Source: Squalus acanthias (lineage: Eukaryota). From it: a DNA stretch of 64,000 nucleotides. A program made the position numbers and the translations under genes. The stretch lies in the NCBI GenBank assembly GCA_030390025.1, contig CM059432.1:143284001-143348000 (forward strand). Reading direction: 5' to 3'. Below the pieces are notes generated by a model that was not told the DNA's origin, made no database searches, and was given only the letters and a program-made list of their open reading frames with translations. Shown here one piece after another: positions 1 through 13,465 of this stretch. Within the stretch, counting starts at the first letter, position 1. Each line of letters begins with the position of its first letter.

Positions 1-570
1 TCAGTATTGCCCCTCCGATAGTGCAGCGCGCCCTCGGTACTGCCCCCTCCGACAGTGCGGCTCGCCCTCGGTACTGCCCCTCCGACAGTGCGGCGCTCCC
101 TCGGTACTGCCCCTCCGACAGTGCGGCTCGCCCTCGGTACTGCCCCTCCGACAGTGCGGCGCTCCCTCGGTACTGCCCCTCCGATAGTGCAGCGCGCCCT
201 CGGTACTGCCCCTCCGACAGTGCGGCGCTCCCTCGGTACTGCCCCTCCGATAGTGCAGCGCGCCCTCGGTACTGCCCCTCCGACAGTGCGGCTCGCCCTC
301 GGTACTGCCCCTCCGACAGTGCGGCGCTCCCTCGGTACTGCCCCTCCGACAGTGCGGCTCGCCCTCGGTACTGCCCCTCCGACAGTGCGGCTCGCCCTCG
401 GTACTGCCCCTCCGACAGGGCGGCGCTCCCTCGGTACTGCCCCTCCGACAGTGCGGCGCTCCCTCGGTACTGCCCCTCCGACAGGGCGGCGCTCCCTCGG
501 TACTGCCCCTCCGACAGTGCGGCTCGCCCTCGGTACTGCCCCTCCGACAGTGCGGCGCTCCCTCGGTACT
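1..570. repeat. 33-bp tandem minisatellite (~17 copies) derived from a DeuSINE segment
   Basis: Unit ccctccgacagtgcggcgctccctcggtactgc; 11-aa periodicity in the ORF track; matches 59838-59870 of an unexpanded SINE copy. Confidence 0.9.
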
Positions 571-670
571 GTACTGGGAATGTCAGCCTGGATTACAGGC
601 CTGGAGTGGGGCTTGAACACATGGCAGTTGTGCTTCCGAGTCAGAAGGTTACCACCAAGCCATGGCTGAA
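571..670 (-). mobile_element. DeuSINE (SacSINE1-like) tRNA-derived 5' head
   Basis: Continues directly from the array and resembles 59870-59977. Confidence 0.65.
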
Positions 671-1740
671 CAGGTTCGAACACCTGTTGAAAAGTTCACC
701 AGCACGACTCATTAATGCAACTCAGTTTGCAGAATGTTACTGAACGATAGATTTTTTTTATACACACGAAAGGGGTTTATTAGATGGTTCAAAGCAATTC
801 TTTGTTATTGATAAATTGAGCTGCAATCCAGTTCCTCATTGACCCAACAATAACAGTTTTCAAAAACATGCATTTTCCACTGAGGACAAACTGCTCACTT
901 CACAGTCAATCAGTTGTGGCTACCTCAGTCCTTAAAGCCATTATATCAATAAAACCTCCCACAATACGTCCAGCCAGAGTTGACACCGGGCCGGATTGTT
1001 CCCGTTGCCGTGCGTGCGGGGGGCGAGACAGCAGTAAAAATGCTGGAAATAGCTTGCGCGCGCGCCAGGAACCCGCCGTCATCGCACCGCCTCACGCGTT
1101 TAATTCGGGCGGCTTTGAAGGTGCGATAAGGACCCGATCCGCAGAGGCGGGTGACCTCATTGAAGTCACGAAGTACTTGTTTACAGACACTTAACTGTGA
1201 TTTTAACAGCTGTTTGAGTTTTACTGCAGGAGCACGGGATTCACGCAGCTCGGGTACCTCGCCTGTGAAGGGGAGGCAGAAGCTCAGTGGCCATCGGCGA
1301 GTTCATTCATCGATAGCTGGGACAAGCACAAAAATACTCCAACATTACACCTCATTACTGGTCTCATGGAAAGGCTCTTCCTCACTGCATTTTGTCCACA
1401 GATTTAGCTGTCTGCAGTTTGCAGGTCATTTCTGAAACCTCAGAAGCCACTCTCACCACATTGCTACTCACTATCACAACATTGAGGGATTGGCCCTCTG
1501 ATCTCCACTTTACCTGCCATCTACTACATCAGCATGGGTGCCACTTATACTGTCTCACCTTGGTCCTCAGAATCGGACCAAGATGAGCCCCATCACCAAC
1601 AACACCAACAACACCAGCCATACCAGCAGCAGCAGCAGCCTCCTCCTCAATGACCTGATGCTCCACAGGAGAGAGGGGGGCAACACAGGGCAGCACCGCG
1701 CCGGAGGCGATAACCCCAACACAGGGTATACAGGCAGAGG

Positions 1741-2761
1741 ATGAGCTTCTTCAACATGACTGAGCAGCAGTGCTCCAGGAGGCTCAGGCTATCGCGCCAG
1801 GTCGTCGCAGACATTTGTAATTTGCTGGAACAAGACCTGCTGCCCAGAGGTCCTGGTGGACACTCCTTGCCAGTGGCTGTCAAAGTCACCACCGGCCTCA
1901 ACTTCTTCGTCTCAGGCTCCTTCCAGGGATCTGCAGCAGACATTTGCAGGATCTCGCAGTCGGCCGCCCACAAGTGCATCACCCAGGTGACCGATGCCAT
2001 GTTTCACAAGTCAGCCAATTATATCAACTTTGCCACTGATGAAGCCAGTGTTACTGAGCGAGCGCTCGGTTTTGCCGCTCTGGCTGACTTCCCACAGGTG
2101 CAGGGCGTCATCGACTGCACACATGTGGCCATGAAGGCACCCCATCATCACCCAGGGGTGTTTGTGAATCGCAAGGGCTTTCACTCCCTCAATGTGCCGC
2201 TAGTCTGCAACTAGAAAAAGATGATGATGCATGTGTGCACCAGATTCACTGGCAGCTGTTATGACTCTTCTGTGCTGCGCCAGTCCACCCTCCCTCAGCA
2301 CCTCCAAACAGACTTACCGGCTGGCTGCTTGGTGACAAGGGCTATCCACTGAAGACATGGCTCATGACACCCCTGAGGAGGCCAAGTACGAGGCCAAGGA
2401 GCATTATAATGGGAACCACACCTCCACCAGATGTGTCGTAGAACAAGCAATAGGCATGTGGAAGATGCGCTTCAGATGCCTTGACAGATCTGGAGGAGCC
2501 CTTCAGTACGCACCAGCCAGGGTCTCCAGAATCATCGTCGCCTGCTGTGCACTGCACAACAAAGCACAGCAGTGAGGATTGGAGCTGAAGGAGGAGCAAG
2601 GCGCAGAGCACAGGGCCTCTTCAGAGGAGGAGGAGGACGAGAAGATGGAAGATAAGCAGGAGGAGCAGGAGGAGGAACCAGAGATGCAGATGGCACCAGC
2701 AGCGGCACACATTGCTGCCCGGGAGGCACAGGATGGCCTCATCATGGCCAGATTTACTTAA
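1741..2761 (+). pseudogene. Harbinger DDE transposase pseudogene
   Basis: [25 protein letters not shown] and [16 protein letters not shown] motifs split by a stop at 2212-2214 and frameshifts; acidic tail. Confidence 0.9.
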
Positions 2762-3118
2762 CTTGCTCCAATGCAGTCACATGCTGTACTATGTTTCCCC
2801 CCCTCCCACACCCAACAACACCATAAAGCATCCGTACAATGACCAATCCATTCCTCTCACCCAAAGCTCGAGGTTAAATAATGTTTCACCATTCACTCCA
2901 AGCGACAAAGCCACTTCCAAGGTTTGAGGCAAAAATGGACAAGACCGGAAAGTGGTGCAAATAAAACCATTTACGTGTGTAATCGAAACAACAAACTTAA
3001 CACTGACATTTTTTGATACACCCGTGCGCATCTACTTTTGTGTCATTTTTCTTTTGCGAGTGCTTCTACGAGGCGCAACCCCTGTGGCTTCAGCAGAGGT
3101 AGAGGCGGGCTTCTCACT

Positions 3119-4822
3119 TCACTGCTGCAACTCGTTAGACACTTTTGGCGGACGTCCTCTGGGTTTTGGAGCCTGTGAGGGCCCCGCCAAAGTCTGCTCC
3201 TCCTGCGACTGTGCAGGGGCAGACTCGGCCATCAGGGGCCGAGGGAGCAAGTGGGGCTTTGACTGAGGGGGAGAAGTGGGAACGCTTTGAGGAGAACCCC
3301 CACTTCCATGTCCCCTCTCACCATCATCCCTCTCACGGGCCACCCGCACTTCCCTGCTAGCAAGGAGCTGGAGAGCACCCTGCTGCACAGCAGTGGGGCG
3401 ATGAAGGCCCAAGTCAACGTTTACATCCCTCCTCGAGAGGAGGTCAAGGAGCATCTGCCATCTGTTGTCCACAGCTAGCATGTGCTCATGTGACTGGCGC
3501 ATTTGCTGCTCCATGCAGGTGGCCATCCTTTCCATGGAACAGCACATTGTCGCCATCGCCTGTGACATGGTGGTGCTCATGTTGGAGATGGACTCCTCCA
3601 TTCTCTGAACATTTGCAGATATCACGGCTGCAAAAGCTGCCAGAGCCTCCTGCAATTGTTGCTGCCCCTCCAGGATCACCCTCTTTCTCGATGGCCCCCG
3701 AGACTCAGCATCTTCATGCAGCTCAGCAGAGCTAGGAGCGTCCTGCGCCCTCCAGCGAGGAGTCTCCACTGCTGCCCCTTGTCAACACCACCTGTTCTTG
3801 CTCACTCATGAATTGAGACACCAGGTGACAACTCACAGGACTCACAGGACCCACCAAGGTGTGAGTGTCTGCGCTGGTGCTGGCTGCGCTTGGGTCTGGT
3901 GACTCTACACCCTGAGTCTGGAGCTTCCTCTGAGGAGTCGTCTTCCTCCTCCGGCTGGACAGTGGGGGGGGGGGGGGGGGGGACTTGATGGACCTGTGGG
4001 AGAGTAAAGAGATGAATTAGAAGTGTTAAGAAGAATGGGTAACTTTACCATTATGCACATGATGACATTCCACTGGCTGCTGACATCAGTCACCATATGA
4101 GTGACTGTTGTATGCCATGTGGCTTTATGAGATGTGATTCTGTCACCAGGTTGCTGGGATGTCCCCCCTCTCTCTGTCTCCCAGCGCCAACGTCTCTCGA
4201 GCTCCTGAAATCCCCAGAGCCGCCTCCTTTAAGGTGTGTGATTACTGCAGGGCCACCTCTGGTTCTCTCCCTCTCTTGCTGTGGGCTCTTTTCTCCTGGA
4301 GAGAGGGAAGGAAGAGAAGTCTGAGTGAGAGTGATGGAATGAGTGTAAGGAATGGATGGGCTACATCTGTAGAGGGGGACTATGAGGGAGTGGGGTGCCA
4401 GTGTCAAATGGCCTCCTTCTGTGGTGTTACTTGCTATGATTGTATTAGGATGAGGGTGAGTGTGAGGGGCGGTTAGTCAGATGGGGATGTGAGTATGTAC
4501 ATAGAGAGAGAGGGATGGGTGGACCTTGAAGGTAGGTTTGTTTGAGGAATGATGCTCAGGAGTGGGCTTGGGAAGGCACATCTTGATGGGGAGTGCAGCA
4601 TTGCATTCACCTTTCCTGATCTCAGATCATCATTGAAGCGTTTCCTGCACTGTATCCAGGCCCTCCTCACCACATCCCTGCTGCTCACCTCCTCAGCAAT
4701 ATCGAGCCAGGCTCTTTGTTTCTTGCGGAGGTCTCCTTCACCTATCAGCAAGGAAGAGGGCCTCCCTGCGTGCTCGGACAGCCTCCACCAGAGTATGCAG
4801 CGATGACTCAGAAGTGTGGTGC
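3119..4822 (-). pseudogene. Harbinger Myb/SANT (MADF-like) gene, 3 exons, decayed
   Basis: AWLDIAEEVSS...WIQCRKRFND exon followed by a GT donor; RERTRGGP exon 2; heptad-rich exon 3 (3119-3769); frameshifted. Confidence 0.8.
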
Positions 4823-5132
4823 AGCCCTCTTCCTTTGGCTATCCATCCTTCCAAAGTTAGAACAGTACTGCGGCCTTTCTTTGTCACATTCCACCCTCCT
4901 CTGGCAAGCTTCAAGTGAGTTGAGTGCAAGGTTGCTTTAAATATGGGCGTGGGAAACAAGTCATCGATGACATCATCAGTCCCGCACCATTTAATCGGGC
5001 CGGGAAACGCGCATGAGTCTTTCAATTGGGGCCGTTAAGTCAAAGTCGCTCTGAACAGCGCGTTGCTCAGAACATCGTGTTCCCGACCCGCTACGCTGCA
5101 CGCGCACACCCAACCCGACGCAAAGGTCTCTC

Positions 5133-5590
5133 CTGAAAGGGATCGCAGGTCAAAGAGTTCGAGGAGCTGCACCTCATCTTTTGATTAGGCACTTTACAGC
5201 CTTCCAGCCACAACATGGAGTTCAACAATTTCAGATCATAACCACTGCTCCCATTTTTTCCTGACAACAGGTGTTGGTAATGATTCTGCTGCTGCCGTTT
5301 ACAGCTCCTCTCGACCCATCTTTTGTCTCTTTACTTGGCCCATTACCATTCCATTTTGCCTTGCACCTTCGTCGCTTTTGTCATTTAATCCCTCCTGCCT
5401 TCCACCCTAGAAGAGACCTTCCCTTTTGTTCTTCCCTCCCCGCTTTCCCTGCCTCTGCACTTGCTTAAAACCGGTTACATCTCAAAATGTTTCCAGTACT
5501 GATGAAAGGTCATCGACCAGAAACGTTAACTCTGTTTCTCTCCCCACAGCTGTTGCCTGACCCGCCGAGTGTTTCCAGTATTTTATTTCA
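5133..5590 (+). mobile_element. Penelope-like element 3' fragment (GIY-YIG C-terminus and pLTR)
   Basis: Translates EELHLIF*LGTLQP...MEFNNF; CTGATGA...GAAAC motif at 5499-5524. Confidence 0.75.
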
Positions 5591-6046
5591 GAGAACTAAC
5601 CATGGTTTTCAGGAACCCCAATCCGTAGCATCCCCCCCGCCAACCCTCACCCCAAGCTTCCGGCCAGTGCGATCAATGACTGAAAAATCGGGATTGCTGG
5701 GAATTGGGCAAATTAGCCTCTCCGGCCGATTGCCCAATATAGGCGAGAGTCTGCTCCAGGAGCAGAGACCTCGGTTTCAAAGCGGGGGTGGGGGGTGGGG
5801 GGAGGGGGGGAGGAGGGGGGTGACGGGGACGGTTCAGGGGAGCTTCAAAGGAGACAACGATCCCCAGGGAGTGCAGGGAGGTGGCGGCTCAAGCGATATT
5901 AATGGCCGTGCTTCATTACCGCAAGTTCCATCCGAGCCCCGCCCAAACACGGCCATTGGTACTGGCTGGCGGGAGCGGGAGATCGCAGGCAGAAGGTCGC
6001 ACCCGGGGACCCCTGGGATCGGTGCCCAGCAGTCAGTTAAGTGGTA

Positions 6047-6200
6047 ACGTGGTGGTGCAGGGGTGGGGGTGGGTGGTGCAGGGGTGGGGGGGGGTGGTGC
6101 GGGGGTGGGGGTGGGTGGTGCAGGGGTGGGGGTGGGTGGTGCAGGGGTGGGGGGGGGTGGTGCGGGGGTGGGGGTGGGTGGTGCAGGGGTGGGGGTGGAG
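6047..6200. repeat. G-rich ~21-bp tandem repeat
   Basis: (ggtggtgcaggggtgggggtg)n with variants. Confidence 0.9.
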
Positions 6201-6611
6201 GGTGTTGGGCGCGATCGAGGGAGTGGGGGAAGCCCAGCGCAAGGAGGCCCAAATCTTTCTTGCAAGGCCCGTAGGGCACATTACTGCTCGTCCAAGACCA
6301 CAAGGAAACCTACAAAATGGCACAACTTACCTGCCTGGCCCTCTTCTAGCTCATGATCCCGCAACACCCCCCCCCCCCCCCCCACCCCCACGACAGGAAA
6401 ACCATCACTGCCAATGTTCCCTCGAATTTCTTTTTCTTGCGCAAGCCCTTTAAATTTGTTGTGTGACCGTGCATGTGTGGTATCTCTTCCAGCGGCAGCA
6501 GGTGGCGAGCGGCCTGTGCGGGACCTCGCCATTGATGCATGGCTGCACACCTTAGGGGGAGCATTGGTCACCGCTGCCCCGCTCAGGCCTCGGCCTCCTC
6601 CTCCTCCCACC

Positions 6612-7215
6612 CTCCCCTCCCCCGCTCAGTAGCCCCCCCCCTCAGTAGCCCCCTCCCCCGCTCAGTACCCCCCTCCCCCGCTCAGTAACCCCCTCCCCCG
6701 CTCAGTACCCCCCCCCCGCCTCAGTACCCCCCTCCCCCGCTCAGTACCGCCCTTCCCCGCTCAGTACCCCCCTCCCCCGCTCAGTACTCCCCCTCCCCGC
6801 TCAGTACTCTCCCTCCCCGCTCAGTACCCCCCTCCCCGCTCAGTACCCCCTCCCCTGCTCAGTACCCCCCCTTCCCCGCTCAGTACCCCCCTCCCCCGCT
6901 CAGTCTCCCCTCCCCCGCTCAGTACCCCCTCCCCCGCTTAGTACCCCGCCTCCCCCGCTCAGTACCCCCCCCCTTCCCCGCTCAGTACCCCCCTCCCCCG
7001 CTCAGTAACTTTCCCCTCCCCCACTCAGTACCCCCCCCCCTCCCCCGCTCAGTACCCCCCTCCCCCGTCAGTACCCCCCCTCCCCCACTCAGTGCCCCTC
7101 CCCCCGCTCAGTAACCCCCCCCCGCTCAGTACCTCCCTCCCCCGCTCAGTACCCCCCTCCCCCCACTCAGTACCCCCCACCCCCGCTCAGTAACCCCCCC
7201 CCCTCCCCCGCTCAG
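6612..7215. repeat. C-rich ~20-bp tandem repeat
   Basis: (cccctcccccgctcagta)n with variable C-run lengths. Confidence 0.9.
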
Positions 7216-7964
7216 GCCTTGGACTAAAATAGCAGATTGGGTCCAATGACATCATCAGGATCGGATCTGCATGTTTACGGAGGACCCCGCCAACTGGGGG
7301 CCGGTCAGGAAGGCAGTGGGACCAGAGGGGGTAAACCGTTCCTCTGTTTTAACTGTCATTACCCCCGGGGCCCGGTTTCTGCCAGTGGGGGGAGGGTGTG
7401 GGAGTTAAAATCGTGGTGACATTATGATGATCTTCATAAATCACTGTTCAAGGGCATTCATTTTTAATGGACACAAGACAAAGCCTTCAAATGTTGTGCT
7501 TCATCACAAACACGACGTTGCTCGAGGCTATAATGGGATCATAAAAGTATCTAGGTATTGATAGGTAATAGCTGAATGCGTTCGGAGATTCATAGTAAGT
7601 TTGAGGGATAATTCCCTCAGTGCGGTAGGAGATCAAAATTGTTCTTTTGATAATTCATGAATTAAGTACTCGGCAGAAATCTGTCCCTAGGTAATAGATA
7701 TATTTCTAAGCAATGTTTTATTTTTTGTGTTTTTGTTTATAGTTTTCACTCTTGGTAACATTACTGTCATGAAGTAGGTTCGGTATCAAGTGATGAATTT
7801 GTGCAACTCCTGTGGTGTGTTCGGAATACATTACAGGAACTGTGTCTTGGCAATAAATTACAAAGAGCATTCCAGCTCCCAGCACCAAGACTGACAGCCT
7901 CCCCACACAACACCACTCCACACGCCACTCCACTCTTCCAGTTTATTCCAATATTCAGAAGACA

Positions 7965-8250
7965 CAAGAACTAAGAGCAGGAGTCGGCCATACGGCCCCT
8001 CGAGACCGCTCCGCCATTCAATAAGATCATGGCTGAACTTTTACATCAACTCCACTTTCCCGTCCGATCCCCATATCCCTTGATTCCCTTAGTATCCAAA
8101 AATCTATCGATCTCAGTCTTGAATATACTCAATGACCGAACATCCACAGCCCTCTGGGGTAAAGAATTCCAAAGTTTCACAACCCTCCGAGTGAAGAACT
8201 TTCTCCTCATCTCAGTCCTAAATGGCCGACCCCTTATCCCAAGACTGTGA
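7965..8250 (-). mobile_element. CR1 LINE 3' end fragment
   Basis: Reverse complement of RT C-terminus and CR1 3' tail, as at 32450-32710. Confidence 0.85.
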
Positions 8251-8353
8251 CCCCCGACTGAGCTGTTTGCAATATCCTTTGTGCAAAGCTTAACAGCAAA
8301 GGTATTTGATCCGTTGTAGCCAATGTTGTCTTTACCTCCGCAGATTTAATTAT

Positions 8354-8680
8354 GGGGACGATAGTGTAGTGGGTTATGCTGGTGGACTAGTAATCCAGAG
8401 ATCGCGAGTTCATAATCCGACCGTGGGCAGTTTGAGAATTTGAATTCAGTTTGAAAACTTTGGAAATTAAAAAGCTGGTACCAGTAAAAGTGACCATGAA
8501 GCTGTTGGATTGTCGTAAAAAAAAACAACTGGTTCACCAATATCCTTTAGGGAAGGAAACATGCCATTCTTACCCAGTCTGGGCCTATGTGACTCCAGTC
8601 CCATACAAACATGGTTGACTCTAAACTGCCCTCTGAAGTGGCCGAGCAAGCCACTCAGTTGTATCAAAGTGCTACAAAGA
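8354..8680 (+). mobile_element. tRNA-derived SINE
   Basis: A-box/B-box-like head; body homologous to 60510-60755 and to the reverse complement of 63810-64000. Confidence 0.65.
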
Positions 8681-9164
8681 AGCATGGTCCAAGATGAAAG
8701 TCCACCACCACCTTCCAGTTTCAGGACTGCCTGCTCTCCAAATGATGTCCTAAATTCCATTACCATTGGTGAATGTACACCACCAGATCTGCGCATTAAG
8801 GCAGAAGTACTTGCTTAAAGGGGCACTGTTTATCTGCAATTGCTTGTGGAGCCTTCAGCCCATATTGTGGGATCCACTGCAGGTACTGGAAAAGGTTTTT
8901 CACTCTTATACTCGGGAAGCCTTCTCTACATTACTCTTGAAAAGCCATCTATTTCAACACTATTACTGAGCTAGGATCCGAGGGCTGCACAATTGGCTTC
9001 CGAACGGGGATCCCACTTGATGGATGAAGAAGAGGAGCAGGAGGCTGCAACAGAAGCCAGATCAACCAGGCAGCACCAGAAGAGAGACAGACCATAAGAA
9101 AAGAAGAACATAAGTAATAGGAGCAGGAGAAGGCCAAGGTACACAAATTCATAACAAATAGAAA

Positions 9165-12100
9165 TAAATGGGTTTGATCTAATAGCCGTTACAGAGACAT
9201 GGTTGCAAGGTGACCAAAGTTTGGAACTAAATATTCCAGGATACTTGACGTTTCGAAAAGACAGGCAGAATGGAAAAGGAGGTGGGTAGCCCTGATAATA
9301 AAGGATGACATAAGGACAGTTGTGAGAAAGGAGCTTGGCTCGGAAGAACAGGCAATAGAATCAGTATGGGTGGAGAGAAGAAATAACAAGGGGCAGAAAA
9401 CACTGGTGGGAGCAGTTTACAGGCCCCCTAACAGAAGCTATACAGTTGAACAGAATATTAAATCAAGAAATAATAGGAAGTAACAAAGGTAATGCAATAA
9501 TTGTGGGGGACATTAATCTTCATATAGACTGGGCAAATCAAATTGGCAAAGGTAGTCTGGAGGATGAGTTGATGGAGTGCATTCGAGACAGTTTCCTAGA
9601 ACATTGGCCTGGAAATTGCGGTCGGAGGCTTGCCGCCCGCGCACACCACCGAACCGCAAGAAAACTCCGTACTTACCTGCCGTCTCCGGAGGTTCTGACT
9701 CTTGCGGTCCTGGGCCTCCAGGCGTGCGCCTGCGTAAAGGCCCACGCATCCCGTGGGCACGTGCGGTTCGCAAGCATCCCTGGGATCACGTGGGCCAGGC
9801 CAACCAATGACAAAGGGGGATTCCTATTATGCTTATGGGGATTCTATGTATGTACAGAATCCCCGGAAGAATAGAAATCGCCTAATAAATACAATTTCAC
9901 AACACTGAAATAAAAATGATTAATCACAGGTTCAAAATTAATTAACACCATTTAATTAAATATTTAAAATTTAAAAAAATTGAAAAATAAATTATCAATT
10001 TTAACCAGGACAAAGTTGACCTAAACTAATTTTAAACGTAAGTGAATGTTTAAATCATTTTTTTTAAACATTTATTTAAACCCTTACGCTGGTAAAAGAA
10101 AAACTTACACCTGCTTTTACCAGACATAAAGGTTATTCGATGGGCAGTAGTTGGACAAATAGTGAATTTATAATGGATGAGTACAATCGGTCAAGGAGAA
10201 ACTTGACAGATCACAAATTCCGGGTATTTTGCATGCACATCGCATGCAGAAGCCTGGAACTTGGGGGCACTTACGATGACATATGCTGTGCGTACGCCAT
10301 CATAGGCCCCGTAAAATCCAGGCCAATATATTGTAGAACCAACCAGTGAACAGGCTATTTTAGATCTTGTATTGTGTAAGGAGACCGGGCTAATTCATAA
10401 TCTCATAGTAAAGAATACTCAGGGAAGAGTGATCATAATATGATAGAATTGCACATTGGGTTTGAGTGTGAAATACTTAAGCCCAAGACTAGCATCTTAA
10501 ACTTAAATAAAGCCAATTGCATAGGTATGAGGCACAAGCTGGCTAAGGTAGATTGGAAAATTAGATTAAAAGGTATGACGGTAGATAAACAGTGGCAAAT
10601 ATTTAAAGAAATATTCCAAAATGCTCGACGAATATACAATCCATTGAGAAATAAAAACTCCATGGGAAAAGTGACCTATCCGCGGCTAACTAAAGAAGTT
10701 AAGGATAGTATTAGACCAAAAGAAGAGGCTTATAATGTTGTGAAGAATCGTAGTAAGCCTGAGGATTGGGAGAGCTTTAGAAACCAGCAAAGGATGACCA
10801 AAAAAAAAAATTGATAAAAAGGGAGAAAATGGAATGAGAGTAAACTAGCAAGAAATATAAGAAAGATTGTAAGAGCTTCTACAAGAATGTAAAAAGGAAG
10901 AGAATAGCAAAAGTAAGCACTGGTCCCTTAGAGGCTGAGACAGGAGAAATTATAATGGGGAATAAGGAAATGGGGGAGAAATTAAACAATTTTTTTCTAT
11001 CTGTCTTCACAGTAGAAGACACAAAAAACATACCAAAAATAGTGGGGAACCAAGGGCCTAATGAGAGTGAGGAACTTAAAATAATTAAGCTCAGTAGAGA
11101 AAAAGTACTTGAGAAACTAATGGGACTAAAAGCTGACAAATCCCCTGGACCTGATGGCCTACATCCTAGGGTTCTAAAAGAGGTGAAAGCAGAGATAGTG
11201 GATGCATTGGTTGTGATCTTCCAAAATTCCTTAGGCTCTAGAACAGCCCCAGTGGATTGGAAGGTAACAAATGTAACCCCACTATTCAAGAAAGGAGGGA
11301 GAGAAAACAGGGAACTACAGGCCAGTTAGCTGGATATCAGTAGTAGGGAAAATGCTGGAATCCATTATTAAGGAAGTGATAACAGGGCATTTAAAAAATC
11401 ATAATATGAGTTATGAAAGGGAAATCGTGTTTGACAAATTTATTGAGGATGTAACTAGCAGGGTAGATAAAGGGGAACCAGTGGATGTAGTATATCTTGA
11501 TTTCCAAAAGGCATCTGGTAAGGTGCCACATAAGAGGTTGTTATGCAAGATGAGGGTTCATGGGTTTGGAGGTAATATATTAGATAGAGGATTGGTTAAC
11601 AGACAGAAAACGGATTAGGGATAAACGGGTCATTTTCAGGTTGCCAGGCTGTAACTAGTGGGGTTCTGCAAGGATCAGTGCTTGGGCCTCAGCTATTTAC
11701 AATCTATATTAATGACTTAGATGAAGGGATTGAGCGTAATGTATCCAAGTTTGCTGATGATACAAAGCTAGGTGGGAAAGTAAGCTGTGAGGAGGACACA
11801 AAGAGCCTGCAAAGGGATATAGACCGGTTAAGTGAGTGGGCAATAAGGTGGCAGATGGAGTATAATGTGGGGAAATATGAGGTTATTCACTTTGGTAGGA
11901 AGAATAGAAAAACAGAATATTTTTTTAAATGGTGAGAAACTATTAAATGTTGTTGTTCAGAGAGATTTAGACGTCCTCGTACAGGAAACACAGAGTTAAC
12001 ATGCAGGTACAGCAAGAAATTAGGAAGGGAAATGGCATGTTGGCTTTTATTGCAAGGGGGTTGAGTACAAGAGTAAGAAAGTCTTGCTACAATTGTACAG

Positions 12101-12282
12101 GGCCTTGGTGAGACCACACCTGGAGTACTATACACAATTTTGATCTTGTATGAGGAAGGATATACTTGCCTTAGAGGCAATGCAATGAAGGTTCACTAGA
12201 TTGATCCCTGGGATGAGGGTTGTCCTATGAGGAAAGATTGAGCCTATACTCTCCAGAGTTTAGAAGAAATGAGAGGTAATCT
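9165..12282 (+). mobile_element. CR1 LINE ORF2 (endonuclease and RT), decayed, interrupted by a MITE
   Basis: KSPGPDGLHPRVLKE, VYLDFQKA, FADDTKLGG and RPHLEY motifs with stops and frameshifts. Confidence 0.92.
9605..10325. mobile_element. Non-autonomous Harbinger-type element (MITE)
   Basis: TIRs tggcctggaaatt / aaaatccaggcca; splits CR1 codons FLE|(Q)YIVEP. Confidence 0.75.
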
Positions 12283-12284
12283 CA

Positions 12285-12720
12285 GAATAGTACAGTACAG
12301 AAAGAGGCCATGCAGCCCATCGAGTCTGTGCCGGCTGTTTCAAAGAGTAATCCAGTTAGTTCCACTTCCCCGCTCTTTCCCCATACCCCTGTAATTTTTC
12401 TCCTTCAAGTATTTATCCAATTCCCTTTTGAAGGCTACTATTGAATCTGTATCCACCACCCTATCAGGCAGTGCATTCCAAATCCTAACCACTTGTTGCG
12501 TAAAAAAAGTTTTTCCTCATGTCGCCTCTGGTCTTTTGTCAAGCACCTTAAATCTGTGCCCTTTGGTTATCGACCCTTCAGCCATTGGAAACAGTTTCTC
12601 TTTCTTTACTCTATCTAAACCCTTCATGATTTTAAACACCTCTATCAAATCTCCTCTTAGCCTTCTCTGCTTCAGAGGAGAACAACCCCAGCTTAGAGTC
12701 TATCCACGTAACTGTATTCC
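12285..12720 (-). mobile_element. CR1 LINE 3' fragment
   Basis: RLGLFS..KRR and WNALP motifs on the minus strand. Confidence 0.8.
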
Positions 12721-13164
12721 GTTGGAAAGATGGAGCCTCCTTGAATTCACCACCGGACATCAACAACCAAGGGTTGGCTGCCTTGCAGCGAGTGTAAATA
12801 CTGTCAGATAGAAGGGCGGGACTGAGGGGCATCTGTAGACATTTCTAAATACAATGGAGTTGTCCCTGTTCACTTGACAGGATTCTCCCCTTAAAGGGGA
12901 GTTCCCCAGACTCTAATAGAGAAGCAGAAAGGTGGTTCCAAGTTATCGGAATTGTTTCTTGCATCTAGTGGAGCACATTATTGGAGTCAGAAATGAAGTC
13001 ACTCCCTAGGGCTGAGACTCTGTTCTCTTTCTCTACCTCAGAATGGTGGCCAGGAAGCTGATTTGCACTATTCCCAGCTGCACTGTTATTACCAGGATTA
13101 TTTAGTGTATTCGTACCAACGACATGTGATGCTCTTAACCTATCTCCTCAAATTACTGCCACCC

Positions 13165-13465
13165 CTACCAGTGACAGACCTGTACCCACCAGTACTGTAC
13201 CCTGTGATATACAGCGACAGACCTGTACCCACCAGTACTGTACCCCAGTGTTATACAGCAACATACCTGTACCCACCAGTACTGTACCCCAGTGTTATAC
13301 AGCAACATACCTGTACCCACCAGTACTGTACCCCGTGATATACAGCGACAGACCTGTACCCACCAGAACTGTACCCCAGTGTTATACAGCAACATACCTG
13401 TACCCACCAGTACTGTACCCCAGTGATATACAATGACAGATCTGTACCCGCCACTACTGTAACAG
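13165..13465. repeat. ~43-bp tandem minisatellite
   Basis: (cctgtacccaccagtactgtaccccagtgttatacagcaacata)n, about 6-7 copies. Confidence 0.9.

Larger units (their letters stand above)
988..5132 (+). mobile_element. PIF/Harbinger transposon copy A, decayed (ends approximate)
   Basis: Convergent DDE transposase (+) and Myb/SANT gene (-); GC-rich termini; right TIR not clearly recognisable. Confidence 0.85.

Noticed and set aside
1..570. CRISPR-like regular repeats and 240/204-aa ORFs
   Set aside because: No unique spacers; a tandem repeat with unit length divisible by 3 gives spurious ORFs
5834..6453. Pro/Gly/His-rich ORFs
   Set aside because: Translations of the G-rich tandem repeat
7420..7960. 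Minus-strand ORF with a hydrophobic stretch resembling a type II membrane protein
   Set aside because: Only 71 aa, downstream frames closed, no family motif recognised
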